A DNA stretch of 64,000 nucleotides, from the IMG/VR virus record IMGVR_UViG_3300036791_000399, positions 10,076 to 74,075 of that record; one strand, 5' to 3'. Source of the DNA: a virus. Positions 63,322 through 64,000 of this stretch are shown here, in pieces. How positions within the stretch are numbered: position 1 is the first letter of the stretch; every line of letters starts with the position of its first letter. A program made the translations under genes and the position numbers. The notes under the pieces are model-generated. The model saw only the letters and a list, made by a program, of their open reading frames with translations, searched no databases and had not been told where the DNA came from.

Positions 63322-63656
63322 GGGGGCTCCTTGGGCTTGAAGGTGTACTTCGATTTGAACAGCCGACCGCGATCGATCTGATCCCGCATGTTGGTGCGCC
63401 TGTCGCCCTCGTAGAGGTGCGCAGGATTGCAGCAGGGCGGGTTGTCGCAGTGGTGGCATATCCATGCCCCCTTCGGGATCTCGCGGCCGTGGTGCAGGCT
63501 GAAGGCCTTCCTGTGGGCCGTCATGTTCATCCCGGCGCCATAGCCGTCGATGTTGATTGGGCCCATCCAGGGCCAGCATTCATCCGGGCCGCGCTTGTCG
63601 ACGAGCGCCCAAAACTCATCCGCCGTGTCAACCTTAACCCGACCTCTGCGCCTCAT
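63318..63656 (-). CDS. HNH endonuclease
   Basis: FW..VDK.GPDECWPW, AHR, CHHCDNPPCCNPAHL..G...N..D. Confidence 0.85.
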   Translation of the reverse strand: MRRRGRVKVDTADEFWALVDKRGPDECWPWMGPINIDGYGAGMNMTAHRKAFSLHHGREIPKGAWICHHCDNPPCCNPAHLYEGDRRTNMRDQIDRGRLFKSKYTFKPKEPP

Positions 63657-64000
63657 TCGCACCCCCTCTGCCTGTCGCGGATAATGAGAACGGAGGACCG
63701 TGCCTGTCAATCGGTGATGCGTCAAAAGCGACGCAAAACGGTAAACGCGCCAAAACCTGTCAAGCGTTTTCTCTGACGACGATAGGACGAAAAGCGGGTT
63801 ATTTGCGGGGACATCAGCGGGGTCATCGCCGGTAGAGTTGACAAGAGCCCCAGAAATGTGCGTTTTTCCGCGACCCCCCCTCGCGTACGCGCCCGCGCCC
63901 GCGTAAACGCCCACCGATCGAACGTGTGGAACCGAGCGCGTGCCGTGCGAGGCTACAAGCCGAGCCCCGGCCAAGCTCTCCGGTAAACATTAGCCTACTG

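Noticed and set aside
1-64000. CRISPR array, tRNA or rRNA genes
   Set aside because: No regularly spaced repeat-spacer units and no cloverleaf or T-loop signature found by eye; a tRNAscan/Rfam run is needed to exclude them fully

Overview
The whole window reads as one GC-rich temperate, podovirus-type tailed phage genome segment. An alphaproteobacterial host is inferred from GC content, promoter style and gene families; no host housekeeping genes are seen. Positions 1-39046 (+) hold the virion module: portal, a bipartite polyvalent protein, GroES-like chaperonin, scaffold, capsid, adaptor and tail proteins, three fibre genes, a tail-tube/nozzle protein, a GNAT and two giant ejection proteins. 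Positions 39043-64000 hold the early, replication and lysogeny genes: YqaJ nuclease with a putative annealase, an XRE/Cro regulator, RuvC, primase, RepA-type helicase, excisionase, an intact attP-like region, tyrosine integrase, DNA methylase, SNF2 ATPase, SprT protease and many small ORFs. Seven free-standing HNH-type endonucleases are scattered throughout. Terminase, lysis genes and a canonical CI repressor or prohead protease were not recognised in the window. The most notable observations are: (1) a di-glycine motif repeated about 28 times in seven virion-module proteins, with a candidate cognate protein at 28232-28966, suggesting a GG-based processing or packaging system; (2) a two-module effector polyprotein with a DNA-glycosylase-like domain; (3) a mutually exclusive RNA hairpin switch over the ribosome-binding site of the capsid operon; (4) nested domain-in-domain insertions in the tail protein; (5) a dispersed 19-bp operator regulon. 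All family assignments come from motif recognition by eye, not from database searches.
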